Shown here: positions 49,261 through 62,739 of the stretch, piece by piece
Position numbering within the stretch: position 1 is the first letter of the stretch
Layout of the letters: every line of letters begins with the position of its first letter
Source of the DNA: Camelus dromedarius
Lineage: Eukaryota
DNA length: 64,000 nucleotides
Direction: 5' to 3'
Assembly (NCBI RefSeq): GCF_036321535.1
Contig: NC_087447.1
Coordinates: 23,684,001 to 23,748,000 of the forward strand
Position numbers and translations under genes: made by a program
The notes under the pieces: model-generated
The model's input: the letters and a program-made list of their open reading frames with translations, nothing else
What the model was told of the DNA's origin: nothing
The model's database searches: none

Positions 49261-49959
49261 TGACAAAAATATCCCAACATAGCCAATCTCTCCATGTCTC
49301 TCCCTGGCATCCCTCTGCAGAATCCTCCAGCACAGCAATGCATAATAACCCCAAATAAGCATTTATCCAGAGCTTTGCCATTTACAAAACACTTTCACAA
49401 ATAAAACCTCATCTAAATCTAGCACCTTCCCTGTAAGATTAGCCCCGTTTTACAGATGAGCCAACAGAGGCTCGGAGAGGGAACGTGGTTCTGCCCCATG
49501 ACAGATGGCTGATGGCTGGACTGGAAGCCCAGGGTGTCCGGCTCCAGTGTCAGGCCCCTTTCCAGCCCTCCCGGCTGATGCCTGCAGGATGTCTTCCATG
49601 GCCAAAATCAGGGGATGTCGCCTCAGAGCGGCCCAAGGTGAACATCAGAATACCTGGGCATGGCTAAGAAAGCCGAGAGGGGAGAGGTGAAGGGCTTAGG
49701 GGAGAGGTGAAGGGCTTGGTGGAGAGCAGAGATTCAGAAGAGCTGAGATGGGCAGAAGGCTTGGCAGCCTGTTCAGTAATGTGTAGGCCCCCAGCAAACC
49801 AGCAAGACCCTCCTTCCCACGACCACTCCGTTGTCTGGTTATGAGTCAGTTGTCACTGCCTCGCTCTCCCCTAGATGTGAGCCGAGCCTAAACCCCCATG
49901 TGGCAGTGGAACCGCGCCCACCCTGGGTCTGTCATGTGAACTTCTGCCCGGGAGGCCCT

Positions 49960-50520
49960 CAGGAGTCTGTCCTCAGAGCCACGGGGAGAAGAGATCTCAG
50001 CGCCTTTCTAAACGCGGTTCAAGGCGCTTCGGTGGCTCCTGTGGCCTCTGGAATAAAGTTTAGCCTCCATAACATGATTGACGAGGCACTTTGTGACCTG
50101 GCTCCTACTTATTTTGTCAGCCTCTTCTCCATTTACTTCTCACCGGACATTCCGCATCCTGGCTCCGCTAAGTCCCCCAAACCTGCAGGCCGTTCTCCCC
50201 TTCTCTCTCCCTCTGACCCTCTCTCTTCCGATCTATCCCATTTGCTGGATAGTCTGCCCAGAGCACACTTGTTCCCCCTGTTCTCCTGGCCAGCTGTTAC
50301 CCATGCTTCAGATCCCCACCCAAAGGGAGCTTTGCTGACTGATCGTCCTGCCCACCTCCCCTCCCCTGTCGCCCGAGGAGATGCCTCCCTCCACCCTGGG
50401 TCTGCCTCCCTCTTCCCCTTACTGCACTGCATTGTAATGGCTTATTCTCTTGTCTCTCCCCCTGGCTGGGCCAGCACGGAGGCTGGTGCCCTATAGGAAT
50501 CCCAAAATATGTAGCCATTG
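49960..50520 (+). mobile_element. L2 LINE fragment
   Basis: GGCTCCTGTGGCCTCTGGAATAAAGTTTAGCCTCC...TTTGTGACCTGGCTCCT, followed by a pyrimidine-rich L2 3' region. Confidence 0.55.
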
Positions 50521-51489
50521 AATGGGGAAGGACATGGTGTGGCTGTCACCCTTCTGTAGATGGCAGGTATCGGGCTTCAGCCATAGAACTTAGTCTCACG
50601 GCCCTGGCAGGTGTCACATAAATTCTGCTGCCTTCATCTGCAGGGCCAGTTCCTCTCTGCTTCTGTCTGGGAAATCTTAAGCTTTGAATGACAAGGTACG
50701 TCATCAAGGACAGTAACTACTGGGAGGTGTGTTGTGAGAAATTTCTGGCAGGTTCTAAGGACCACTCCTTAGGGGGGAAAACAGAAGGTTTACAAAGTGG
50801 TCATAGACGCAGGGGGCTGTGACCAGGCTCAAGAGGTCAGGAGTCCGTTCTCCTCCCTGCAGGCCAGACTGGCTGGCTCACAGACAAGTGGGTACCTCCC
50901 TGTACTATAGGTAGGAGGGTATTACTATTAATAGTATTAGCAGTATAGTCGTGGTTCCAATAAAGATAAGCAGCCACGGGGAGGACAGAGTCATAGCCTC
51001 CCTAGGTCACCCTTGCTGGCACTCAGGAGGACATGGAAGCTGCTCTCCACAGGTGAAGTCTGGCTGCATCTCTCGGGTCAGCATGATTGTCTGATGCGAA
51101 GAGAAGGAAATCCAAGGAGCTGGATCTCCCTCCAGAGAGGGCAAAGAAAACTTTCTACAGTTAGCTTTGGGTGCACAAAGTCATCAGGGTCATAATCCAG
51201 CACCTGCTGTTTACAATCAACCCAGCGCTTCCCCAGTGCACACGAGGTCCTGGCCGTCCAGCTTCTCACTGGGTCCTGACAACCCCTCCAGGGCCCCACA
51301 TGTGGCCCCGGGTTGGGAAGGAGCTGGGCTGGGGCAGCCTTTGACTCAGGGTCCCAGAGGTCTCAGTCCTAAGGGAGCAACTGAGTGAGGGTCAAAGAAC
51401 CAAGACATTATTTGGTTGTCAGTTAACGCCCTCCTAATTCTGACATTCTGCTTCTCAGTTCGGAAAGAAGGGAGGGATGGAGCAGCCCA

Positions 51490-51700
51490 GCCCACCAGTC
51501 CATGCTTTCAATAAATACCTGAACACCTACTGTGTTCCAGGCGCTGTTCCAGGCTTTAGGAATACTAGGCATAGAGTAGCGACTAAAGCAGATTTAAAAC
51601 ACACACAAACCCTGTCCTCACGGAGCTTACATTCTCATGCTGTGGTGTTTATTAATGGCCACAGGTGACATGATTTCAGATGCTACATGGGCCTGGAATT
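51490..51700 (-). mobile_element. L2 LINE fragment
   Basis: CAATAAATACCTGAACACCTACTGTGTTCCAGGCGCTGTTCCAGGC...CCCTGTCCTCACGGAGCTTACATTCT. Confidence 0.65.
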
Positions 51701-52739
51701 CAACAATATTGAATCACACTGTGAGAAGAGTGTACCATTTCAAATTGTCTTTCCACTTCACACACCTTAAAGGAGGCCTCAGTCTGCTGACAGCCCCTTT
51801 TAAGAAAAAGGGCACGGCAGCGGGATCTAGTGAGAAGTTAATCCCGCGGCTGGGTTTTCATCCTGTCTAGTAACAGTTAACAGTTAACATCTCTGTGTGG
51901 CAAGCCATGTTAATTTTCCATCAAAGGTAGTGATAGAGTCACTTTCTAAATAAATGTAAATTCTTTGATCAGTGAGTCATTTGAAAGAAGGACCAAAGAG
52001 GACAGGTGGCCAGTGGCTGTAGCAAAGCCCTGAGTGTCTGGGGGCCTTGAACAAGATGGTGTGGCCGGGAGGACTTCTGCATCTCAAGACCCAGACACAC
52101 TCACATCACCTTGTCCTTAGGCTTTGAAGTACCAGTCAGGGGAGCCCAAAGGTTCACCGCTTCATGCTTTAGTGAATCCCACACCTGCCCGCTTCGCGCC
52201 CCCACCCACCCTCCAGCCGCCGCTGGGCCCGCCCCACACTGTCTCCAGGACAGAGGCCACAGCAGCTAAGCCTGGAGCCAGACAGTAAACACCCTGCCAC
52301 CCGCCCTCCTCCCGCCAGGGATCTCTCTCTCTTATCTCAGTCTCCACACTTTCACCGAGGGCAAAGGTCACTCGCAGGAAGCTCCCTCCACCTTAATTAC
52401 CCTTTCCCAGAAGCCAGGCTCCTCCTACACTAAATGAGAAAGAAATGCAACCAGCACCCCTCTCCCCGCCCCCCAACGGCCACCTCCAAGCCATCTCTCA
52501 GGTCCACGGCTCCACACAGGCCCAGAATCACAAACACCCGAGGAGTTTTATCAGAAGGGACCTGGGCCCCATGCAGACTTGCTGAGTCAGAGTCCCTGCC
52601 AGATGGGGCCTGGGAAGCTGCATTTTGTGTTCTTTCTGCCAGTCTTTGGATCTGCTGGGTCTGGAAGCCCACGTTCTTCTTTGGGAAGGCCTGCTCAGTG
52701 GGCCTCCTGGGTGGCCGTGGAATGATCCACAATTCGAGG

Positions 52740-53610
52740 CAGCAAGCATCATGGTCTGGTACTTGGGCTTCGGAGTTGAGCAAACCTGGATTCAAATCAC
52801 CATGAAGTGGCTGAGCTGCCTCAGGCAAGTGGCTTAACCACACTGAGCCTCAGTTGTCTGGGCTAGAAAAGGGGGGTAACAAGGGATGCTGCACCCCCTC
52901 AGGGTGTTTAAAGGATTCAGTGGCATCTTGTATGTAAAGTGTACGATACAGGACTGGCTTGGAGGACGGGCTAAGGAAATACTGCCCAGTATTGTTAGTA
53001 TTGGGTTTTTCATCTTGGTAATCAAAAGGGCCTCAAAGTCCCTCCCCGCTGACCGGCAGCCCCGCCAGTAGCTCACACCACTTCATCCCACTCCACGCAC
53101 GGCCAACAGTGTCGTGAGGACGTGTCTCTTGGCCGCCATCAGTTGTCTGGCACAAGGCCTGGAGCTTGGGAGTTATGTGCCAGCTGAATGAATGAGCAGT
53201 TTGGGAACCAAATCTCCTACTGGGAGTAGAGAGTATAAAGTAGTGGGGACAGCGCCTCTCAAACTTCAGGGTCCACATGAGTCACCTGGGGGTCCTGTTA
53301 AAACGCAGGTGCCAGCTGCTGATTTGGGGAGTCTGGGGTGTGCCAGGGTTCTGCAATCCTGGCACGTTTCTGCCCCCAGACCCTAACTGGTACTGTATAG
53401 AGAACCCTCTGGACTCACTTCCTGGATTCAAAGCCCAACTCTGCTACTTCCCAGCCCTACAACCTTGAGCCAGTTGCTGTGTCTGGGTTTTCTCCCCTGC
53501 AAAACGAGGTGGGCGATAATAACAGTACTTGCTTAATAGGATCGCTGGGAGGGTTAATGAGTTATTAGGTGCTAAGCACTTTGCCCAGGGTCTGGCACAT
53601 ACTAGGTACT
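52740..53610 (+). mobile_element. MIR SINEs flanking the MER5A (about 52740-52960 and 53410-53610)
   Basis: CCTGGATTCAAATC...CTGAGCCTCAGTT and CCTGGATTCAAAGCCCAACTCTGCTACTT...GCACATACTAGGTACTCAA. Confidence 0.6.
53250..53411. mobile_element. MER5A-like MITE
   Basis: CAGCGCCTCTCAAACTT...GAGTCACCTGGGG...TGTTAAAACGCAG...GAGAACC. Confidence 0.6.
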
Positions 53611-54569
53611 CAAAAAACGTGGGCTGTTATCACAAGGTAGAAGGAACACCTTCCTTACAGTAAGGCAGCCCCTCCTCCTTTTCATCCTGGCCCCCCACCC
53701 TGATAGAGCCAGCACATTCTTCTGCAGCATCCCGCTACCTTTGGTCCAAACCACCTGTGAGCAGCCCGATTCCAAAAAGGCTGAGTCCACCTCGCCAAGA
53801 CAAGGGTCAGGGCCACCCGGGGCACTCCCCACCCTTCCTACCACCCCACCCAGAATGTGTCGCAGCCGTGTGAGCGGGTTGATGAGAACGGGTCACAGGC
53901 AGACAGAGCAGAACTCTGCCTTGCAGAACTCAGATTCCAGCTGGCAGGATTTAGATTGGTTTTCTCTAAAAGCCTCTCGGAGCTTTCAGGAGGCAAAGAG
54001 TTTTTATCTCCGATGTCCTGAAGAGCCAGGAGGTAATCAAGACCCAAGAGGGAACTGCCCAGTCCTGCTGGTATCATCAGAAAGAAGGCAGGGGGGGGGT
54101 TCTCAGAAGACAGAAATGAACAGCCCTTTGGGGCTACCTGGTCAGCAAGGTCTTAAGAAAAACTAGGAAAAACTCAGAACCAGGTGCCCAAAGGTTGGCT
54201 CTTTTTTTTTTCTGCCTGGGAGATCCATTTTCCCTACTCTCGGCAACCACCCAGTCCCCTGCAACGTTCCTGCCCCCCGGCCACATGCCTTCCACCCACA
54301 CATACTAGGACACGAATGGCTGCCAGCAGCTGGAATGGAAGTCCGGAACTTTTGTTTTCCCTGAGACCCACACCTTTGGCTAAAGGGAAAGCACCCCTAC
54401 TAAGAACATTTTAGACATCAGCCATGGGATCAGAGCAGTTGGGAGGAAAGTGTGGTTTGAAGGTCAGGAAACCCCAAGTCAGAATCCCAGCTCAAGACAG
54501 TGTGGCATCAGGGATCATGAAGAGGAAGCGCCCAGGATGATGCCAGACACTGGCAACCTGTCCGTTAGT

Positions 54570-54810
54570 CACTGTGATCATGACCTCCTTGGAGCCCCCT
54601 CCCTGACCTCCCCAGGCCGGGCTGCCCCTTCCCTCCTAGGTCCCAGCCTGCCTGTCCCCTCCTCCGCCATTTCAGCAGGTGTATTACTGGGGGCATCCTG
54701 TTTGTCTGTTTCCCCAAGTCCCCACGGTGAGCTCATTGAGGGCAGGGACCTTGTCTGATTTATCTTGGATCTCCATGTCCCGCACAGGGCTGGCATCATA
54801 AAGGGGCCAA
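54570..54810 (+). mobile_element. L2 LINE fragment
   Basis: GTGAGCTCATTGAGGGCAGGGACCTTGTCTGATTTATCTT...GCACAGGGCTGGCA. Confidence 0.6.
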
Positions 54811-56089
54811 TCTGAATTCCAGACCCTGACCTTAGAGATAAAGGGAGCCCTCCTTGGGTACCTGCCCCCATTTGTCCTTGAGGCTCAGGCTTGGCCGAGG
54901 GGACAGGGTCTAGTGGGGAAGGAGCCTGGCCACTAGCAGACCCTCGGTCTGGGGGTGTGGCAGTCCCTCCAAGACTGGTGAGTGCTTTCTCTGTTGAACA
55001 ACCTCAGTTTGATCCCAGCTCCTTGGGTGGGAGAGGTCCTGGCGTGCACAGGCAGGGGAGCTCTATGCTCTGGGTTGGGCATTTTCTTCATTGTTTCATT
55101 CTCTCTTATCTCCAGCTAGTTAGTGATTAACCGCTCTTTGAAGGTTTCCCAGCCTCTGAAGCTCCCCCAGGAGCACAGGTGGCCACTGGGTTGGAGCAAG
55201 AGAGCCTGACTCAGAACCCAGTTCTCTCTGCAAGACAGGGAGAACCCAAAGGCACAGCCCCATGGGGGTCATGGGGTTTGGCGCTGTGCTAACAGGCAGA
55301 GATTGCTGGGAAGGGCACTGGAGGCATGTCTGCAGGTGCCGGTTCCTTGGAAAAGTGTGCCTGCATGTGTGTTTGGGGCACTGGAGGATGACAACCAGGA
55401 CCTGACTCTCAACCAGGCTTGACTCTCTCTCACCACCCCTGCCTCCATCCACCTCCAGGAGCTTTCTGTGCAAACACTGACCCATCAGATAAGAGCTGCA
55501 TTTGCAGACAGCCCCCCGTACGTTGGACCAACCACCTCCCACCCCTTTCCAGCAAGCCCCACCTCAGGTGGGCTGCCAAGGAGACCAGGTAAAAGCAGCT
55601 GACTTGAACAAGCATGATCCAGAACGCTCCAGGGGACACAAAGACCATTTGCATTCAGAAGTGTCTCTCCTCCCCCTTTTCCTTTCTCTGATGCCAGGAT
55701 TTTTGATTTCAGGTTTGGACATCCATAAAGGGACTTTGGGAAGACCTCTGAGTCCGCCCCCAAAATATGCACAATCAGCCAAAAAAAACTGGGAGGATGA
55801 CATGTTCTGGGAATGAATGAGCTTCTACACTCAGCCAAAGTGATGTGAACCAGACCTTGTCAGATCTCACCCTAAAATCGTTGAGTTATTTCCTGTTTAT
55901 TCCATCACTTTTGGCAGGGGCTGGGGGGGAAGGGTGGGGGGAGGGAGAGCCAACCCTCATCATGACACAGACCACCTGGCCTGCTCCCTGCCGCCTTCTT
56001 CCTTGGCTCAGGCCTGGATCATGGTGTTTGGGCCCACTGGCTTTTGCTCTGCCCAGGCCCCTGGCCTTTGCCCTTGCTGTCCCCTCTCT

Positions 56090-56390
56090 GCCTCTAGGTT
56101 TCCTTCAATTCTTCTATAGCTGCCCCTTCTTGAAGTTCAAGTTCAGCTCCAACATCTCAGCCTCAGAGAGGCCTGCCCCAACTGCCCTAGTGAATCAGCA
56201 TCACCCCATCGCTCCCCCTATTGCCCACAGCACCCCGCTTCTGCCTTCATAGCACGTGCTAGGTCCTGCTTCGCTTGTTTGCTGAGTGTTGATATAGTGT
56301 TTAGAATTTAAGCTCCCTGGAGGCAGGTTCCAGTGGCTGGCACAGTGCCTAGTATTCAAAACATCTGTAGGATGAATCAATGAATGTGAA
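56090..56390 (+). mobile_element. L2 LINE 3' end
   Basis: AAGCTCCCTGGAGGCAGG...GGCACAGTGCCTAGTATTCAA...GATGAATCAATGAATG. Confidence 0.65.
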
Positions 56391-56455
56391 ACTTTCCTTA
56401 GGTTCTCAGAGGGGTTGATTGTAAACCTCCAAACTTAAAAACGATTGCTGTAAAT

Positions 56456-56946
56456 CAGAGATTAGCAAACTATAGCCTTTGAGCCAAATCCTGTCTGCTG
56501 TTTTTGTAGCGCCTGGGAGATAAGATTGTTGTTTATACTTTTCTTTTTTTTTTTAATTTTTTTTGGGGGGGAAGGTAATTCGAATTTTATTCATTTATTC
56601 ATTTTACTGGAGGTACTGGGGATTGAACCCAGGACTTCATGCATGCTAAGTATGCATCTTATTACTGTGCTACACCCTCCCTCCCAACAATGGTCTTTAC
56701 ATTTTTAAATGACTGAAAAATCAGAAGAAGAATATTTAGTAATGTGAAAAATTTAAGAAATTCAAATTTCAGTGCCCATTACTGAAGTTATACCGGAACA
56801 CAGCCACAATCATCCACTTGTGTATTCTCTCCGGCTGCCCTCACACGGCAGCGGCAAAGCTGAGTAGCTGTGACAGGGACTGCCTGGCCTGCAAAGCCTG
56901 AAATACTTACTGCCTGGGACTTCACAGAAAAGTTGGTTAAACCCTG
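56456..56946 (+). mobile_element. MER58B-like hAT-Charlie MITE, interrupted by a SINE
   Basis: Ends CAGAGATTAGCAAAC… and …GGTTAAACCCTG; internal AAATTCAAATTTCAGTG and GGAACACAGCC; 8-bp flanks CTGTAAAT and CTGTAACC. Confidence 0.8.
56541..56685 (-). mobile_element. Camelid tRNA-derived SINE nested in MER58B
   Basis: GGAGGTACTGGGGATTGAACCCAGGAC...CTACACCCTCCC with a T-tail on the left; degenerate TSD. Confidence 0.85.
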
Positions 56947-58689
56947 CTGTAACCAATGCTAAGAAGAAGGTAGAGGTGGAATTCAATTAGATACAGGAAA
57001 GGATGGAGGAAGGGAAAGAACTTAAAAGACAAAAGGAAAAGTAAGAAAGAAACAATAAGAAGAAAAACAAAACATTTTATTGAGCATCTACTATGTACCA
57101 TGCACTGTGTTTGGTGATTTACCTACTTTATTTCTCAGCTCTAGACAAAATTTTAAGTACAGGCAAAATCTTTAGTCAGGAAGCCTCCATTCCCAGACTC
57201 TGTGCTTCCTCTGAGCACCTGTTGCCTGACCATCCAGCCACCTCTCTGTCATGAAGGCATCCAGCTCTGACCCTTCCCCTAGCATTTCCTGTTCCAGACA
57301 TTTCTCTCTGCAGAGATCAAAGCTCACTTGCCCCTCTTATTCCCTTAAACTCCTGCTCTCTGCTAAGTGACAGCAGCAGTGAAAAAGAGTTGGGGTTTTT
57401 ATTTTTTTTTCTGTATTACTTCCATCCTCACCCATTCTATCCAGCACAGTAGATGGCACATAGTAGTAAATATTCGCTGAGTGACTACATTACACACTCA
57501 ACCACACAGAGCTTTAATTCAATTAACGCCATGTCTCAGGGCAGAGGACCCCCAGTGTGGGGCATTCCTGGAAGGAAGATGGCTGGCAACAGACAGATCC
57601 TTCTAGATCATGTTACAACTCACCCAAAGACCATTCCATAGAGACCCGAAGGCCCTCAGCCTGCTCCCCCACCTTCCTGCCCTACTGCCCCTCCTATGGA
57701 GCTGCCCACCTCTGGTCCCCAAGCCCCTGACCCTTCAGCTTGCCCTATCACTGTTCTAGGCTCTCGGCTGGTCCAGGGGAAAACAAATGATAGAATGAAG
57801 GTTGGCAAGGATGGACAAGTGACAGTAGAAAAGAGGGTATTATATTTGGAAACTGCAGTTCTCCTGTGTTTGCTTCAAGATAGGAGTAAGAAAAAAACCA
57901 AGCCAGGCAGTTCCATAAGAAGCCAATCCCAGATGACCCCCCTGTGTGATAAGAAATGACGACACATCTCTCTGGTATTTCCTGTGAGAGGTGATGACTC
58001 TCGCCCTGGTAGCTGGTTTGTGAAAGAGGACAGGTCTCCTTGTAAGAAGAGAAAGAGATAAACTCATGAGCACTAGCCTGGGGAATTCAAAGAGAAAAGG
58101 GGAAGGTCAGGAAATGGGGAAAGAATAATTTCAGAAGAAGTGTGATCGATGCACTAGTGATACACCTGGGAGGGAGCTAGGCACTGCGGGCCCAGTTTCT
58201 CTGTGTGTTTTTGATGGCATCATCAGCTGAAGGCGCTCCATCTCCTGTCTTCCCCACGTTTGGCTTCTAGTGGCAACCACCAATAATTCCTGAGGGACCC
58301 CAAGTTGGCAACAGGGCAGACCCAAGGAAGAAACGAGGTGGCAGCAACAGAGGAGAACCAGGTAGATCAATCCTCGGAACACACAGTACGAGAACCAGGG
58401 CTGGGTGGACGGCCCTGACTTTCAGATGTGACCCATGATCTCCAAGGTAGAGCAGGACCTCCCTAAGGATTTCCCCACCTGCACTTTCAGTTTGCTGGGT
58501 GCCACTGTCTCTTCCAGGGTAAGTGGCCATTTTTTTGCCCCAGCGAAATTCAGAAAAAAAAATAAATGTTTATACAGCATATTGACTTTTCCATTATAGT
58601 AAAAACAACTTTATTGAGGGGAGTCCCACGTTGAAAGAAATGTATATTCATATAATTTGAATTCACTGGCAAAAAACATAGAAGAAAGT

Positions 58690-59100
58690 CAATTTAAAAA
58701 TGAGCATTAAGTGCATGAAAAGAAGCTCAACCTCACTGATAATCAGAGCAGCACAAAAACGTGAGAGGCCACCCTACATCCTTCAGATTGGCAAAACCAA
58801 GAAGTCTGATGAAGATAAATGTTGGCCAGGAGGTAACAAGGAAAGCGTTCTAACCCACTGCTGGTTCAGGACTAGGGGTTGTTATAAACACTTTGGAGAG
58901 CAATTCGTTAATTCTAGTTAAGAGGAAGATACACATGCCTGTGAAACCTGGCAAATCCACATCAGAAACAAGCGCTGGGATCCTTCAGCACGTGTACACA
59001 AGGCGACAGTACAAAGACGTTCAACACATCCCTATTTGTAAAATTAACAATTGAAAACCCCTAGGTGTGCTTCAGTAAAGAGAATGGATAAACTGTGACA
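58690..59100 (+). mobile_element. Ancient L1 ORF2 3' end / 3' UTR remnant
   Basis: CATGAAAAGAAGCTCAACCTCACTGATAATCAG...TTGGCAAAA...ACTTTGGAGAGCAATT...AGAATGGATAAACTGTG. Confidence 0.65.
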
Positions 59101-59164
59101 GCGCCCACATTTCCTGTTTCATCAATTCTTTCATTCATTTTGCATTCCACAAATCTTCAAGAGT

Positions 59165-59310
59165 TTCTGTTAGTATGTGTAAGAATCACCTGGGAAGCTC
59201 GTTTAAAAGGCAGAATTCCTGGCCCCACCCTTAGAGTCTGAGTCTTAGGTCTAGGGAGGGGTCCAAGGAGGCAGTTTTTTTTGCAGTCATTGCATGTGGT
59301 CTCTGAGTCA
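59165..59310. mobile_element. MER5-like MITE
   Basis: AAGAATCACCTGGGAAGCTCGTTTAAAAGGCAGAATTCCTGGCCCCACCC...TAGGTCTAGGG. Confidence 0.65.
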
Positions 59311-59429
59311 TCTTGTATCTGATCATTCATCCTGAGGTTAGATTTCAAGCTGGATTACAAAACTAGGTGGGCTACCTGCGGACCCTGGATGCTCATCACT
59401 TACTAAGTAAAGAGTCCTGGGTTGCCTGG

Positions 59430-59610
59430 ATGGGCAGGATCAGAAGAGATGGGTTTGGGGGCATTTCTCCTCTGTAGATCTCAGTCCTCTCATGTACAAG
59501 AAAGCCAAGCCAGAGAATGGCTCCATTTTCCCTTCCATTCCTCACATCTATGATTCTGTCCCTGGAGGGGTGTGTTGGCCAGTAAGTAAGCACAATTTTC
59601 CAAAGGAGCC
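59430..59610. mobile_element. Possible MaLR (MLT1-type) LTR fragment
   Basis: AAGCCAAGCCAGAGAATGGCTCCATTTTCCC...GGAGGGGTGTGTTGGCCAG; weak similarity, recalled. Confidence 0.3.
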
Positions 59611-60214
59611 CACAACTACCTCTACATACAGCATCCTCTACAGTCAACAGCATCTTTTTAACCAGAACTTTCTGTTATCAGGCACTTCCGGCTCCTTAAA
59701 TTCCTATGTGGTCGCCGTACGCTCCCAAAGCATCTTCATCAAAGAAGCATTAAGTTACGTTTAGCGACCTTTTCCCAGGTGAATACAGATAAAGATATTC
59801 TAATGGCTTGAAAAGTTAATATATACATGGTGAATATCAAAACTATAAAACCCAGAATATCTGATTAATTATTGGACAGCTGCTAAACTGGAGAGGGTTC
59901 AGGCAAAGGTTGGCCAAATTTCCTACACATACTTACTTCCCTGCCTCTGTGGACAAGGAAAAATAATATTGACTAAGGGTTCAAATAAAAACTTGATTCC
60001 ATGCCATCTCTTTTCTCACGAATCCTGGTCCTTGCGGAGGCATTGATCTGACCTAAAATCTTAGCCTTTGGGTCTTTTTTAACTTTTGAATTGAATCATT
60101 AATTGCCGCCGAGGTACAGGATGGAGTAGGATAGCTTTCTTAGCTCCAAGACAAATTCATTTAACAAAAATCTGTGGGTAGACCTGCGTCCAGGCAGAAG
60201 ATCAGAAGATGTGC

Positions 60215-60715
60215 TTGTGTTGACCTGACTGTCCTCAGATCAAACCTTTTTCCTCTCTCAGTCCCCCGCTCCCCTTCGGCTCTCTTCCTCTGGGTCTGAT
60301 ATCTGAGGTTGCAGGAGTTTCTCAGGCTCCTGTGTCTGCCAGCTTCAGCCTGGGTCAGCCAGCGGGGACACCAGCAGGAGACCCACGAGAGAAAGTAAGA
60401 AGCCAGAGTATTTCTTCCCCGTCTCTCTGCCCCAGGCTTGCCTCCAGCAGCCCCCTCATTTCCTCTGAGGCTCCAGCTCCCTGCAGACCAGCCCAAAAGG
60501 GATGCTAGCAACATTACCTCCTCCCTTTCCATCTTCAGCCAATGCAGACCAATGAACTTCTGTTCTTGCTAACATCTGAGTTACCTCCTCCTCCTTTATT
60601 TGGCTTCACAGATCTTCCAACACTGGGATGACCCCTTCCCTGCATTAAATTCCCTCTATTGAAAACACTTGACTTTCTGCTTTCCTGGTTAGAGTCCAAC
60701 TGATTCAGGAGGTAA
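60215..60715. mobile_element. ERVL solo LTR (LTR33/LTR16-like)
   Basis: CTCAGATC...CTTCAGCCTGGG...CACCAGCAGGAGA...GTATTTCTTCCCC...CATTAAATTCCCTCT...TTTCCTGG...CTGAT; collinear with the LTR33/LTR16 family as I recall it. Confidence 0.5.
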
Positions 60716-61214
60716 CTAGCCTCTCCTTTCAGTCCAGCCGATTTTATAATTCTTTGTCTGCCATGTCCATCAAGGAGTTTGTCCTTTTCGAAGCCTGTTC
60801 ATCTCGCTTAAACCCACGGAATTCCCTGAGACATAGAGACAGGGCAGGGATTGCCACTTCCGTTTTACAGAAGAGGGAACAGATCTAGAGATGCTAAGGT
60901 GACCGGCAAAGTCACACAGCTAGTGGACCACAGAGCAGAAGCTGGAGCCCAGGTGTCTCGTAGGCTGGTGCGAATTTCCCTGTGACATTCAGGCCCTTCT
61001 CTCTTTCCCCAGCCCTGAGCACCAGAAGACATTCTTTAGGTGCCAAAATAAGGATCCATTTGGGTCTCATTTGCACTTGATGAAAAGGTGCCATAACTAT
61101 GCAAACTGCACACCCAAAGGAGCTCGAGGGAGTATTCATTTCTGTTTCGGTCTTTGTAAGAATATTTTGCATTTACATCAGCCAGGTTTTGTCAGCACTC
61201 TGTAGATCCGAGAG

Positions 61215-61390
61215 CCATGTTTCTCAAAGTCAGAATTACATGGGGGAGATGGGTGTTTGCAATAAAAACTCAGGTTCCTGCCCTCCTCCCACTGTAATAG
61301 AAAATCCAAGGAAGGGGGCTCGGAAGTTGCATTTTTAGCTAGCATGTCAGGTGACGCTGATGAAAAACAAATTTTGAGGGCCCTGTTCCA
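61215..61390. mobile_element. MER5-like MITE
   Basis: TTTCTCAAAGT...TTGCATTTTTAGCTAGCATGTCAGGTGACGCTGATG...TTTTGAG. Confidence 0.5.
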
Positions 61391-62739
61391 TGAGATAGAA
61401 AAAAGTTGTCATTGTCCACAGAGGAGGAGGAGGGATCCGCAAGGTGATGACAGGGTTGGTTTGTGGCCAAATAAAGACCCAGCTCCTCAGGCTTCCATCC
61501 CCGATAAGAGGTACCACTTAGGACACCCTAGTGAGTCTCAGACACTGCATAGGCATGGTGCCAGTTACTCATCACAGCAACCCTCTGCAGCAGCTGTCAT
61601 GGTTCCCACTTTACACATGAGAAAATCAGAGACTCAGATTAAACAACTGTGGTGGAGAAACCCAGCTATGACCCACATTCCAATCGAGTTCTGTGCGATT
61701 CCAAAGTCGGGCTCTTGTCTGTCCATGTCACCCTTCCCAGCATGGAGCCCTCTTCATCTCCAAATGACCATGGGGACAATTATACACCAAACTGGCTCTG
61801 CGTGGGGCATCCTAATTCTGTTCTCCACAGGGTCTGGGTTCTTATTGCTTGCTCCTGAATGAGACACCAGTGCAGCTGCAAAGAGGGCAGGTGAATGGCA
61901 TCCGACCCTGCCCTTCTCAACCAGCAGGTGCCAGGAAGGGATGCTGGCAGCTGAGACTTCCAGTGGTCTCTTGATTGTCTTTCTCCAGTTTTCCCATGGG
62001 CTCCTGGACACTATTCTATCCCTGAACTTGGCTCAGAATCTTCTGAGTTTGCCCCAAACCAGTAGGAACCAATCACAAAGTCTGAAGCAGCAGATGTCTG
62101 CATTAATCTACCCATGGAGGCCCCAGGGGAAGCAGCCTAACTTGTTCTTATCACAAATGTTTAAAAAAAATGTAATAACATGAATAGGCAAGTGTGCAGA
62201 CACAGGCTGCTTGACATCAGGATGATGTTGCATCATCTGAACTGCCTTTTCTTTTTTCTTAATACATTGCTTTACATGTCTGATCACCATTCTGTGGACA
62301 CTGCCATTTCAATCAGCCAGATAGCGACTGAGAGAGGTGGGGCGAGGCGGGGGGATTCTCAGATCAGGATGATCATGTGGAGGGTACAGAGAGGACTGTG
62401 GACCTGTAAGAAAATGTCTGATGCTCCCCCACATCGTCAGTGTTCTCTCCTTATCCTTCCCAACAGCTGTTGGACCCCAACCTGCCTTGCTTAATTTTAT
62501 ATGCACATCTCAGTAGGTATCAGTCACATATCTGAGGCTGCCCTGGCTAGCTTTACAAAGCAAAGGCCTGAGTTCAAATCCAAGGTCCATCACTTACTAG
62601 CTGTGCCCCCTTGGACATATTAAATAACCTCTCATCAGTAAAATGGAGACAATAATAGCATGCTAAACTTTTAGAACTGCTGAAGGAAAATGACTATTTT
62701 TAATTCTGTATGGAGCAGTTATCACAGCACCTAACTCCG

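Noticed and set aside
49831-50496. 221-aa plus-strand ORF
   Set aside because: It lies in a decayed L2 element, is low-complexity (Pro/Ser/Leu) and has no domain.
61921-61934. CTCF-like CCAGCAGGTGCCAG
   Set aside because: It mismatches at the near-invariant GG core position. Other CTCF-like words (2443, 47271, 58267) are weaker still.
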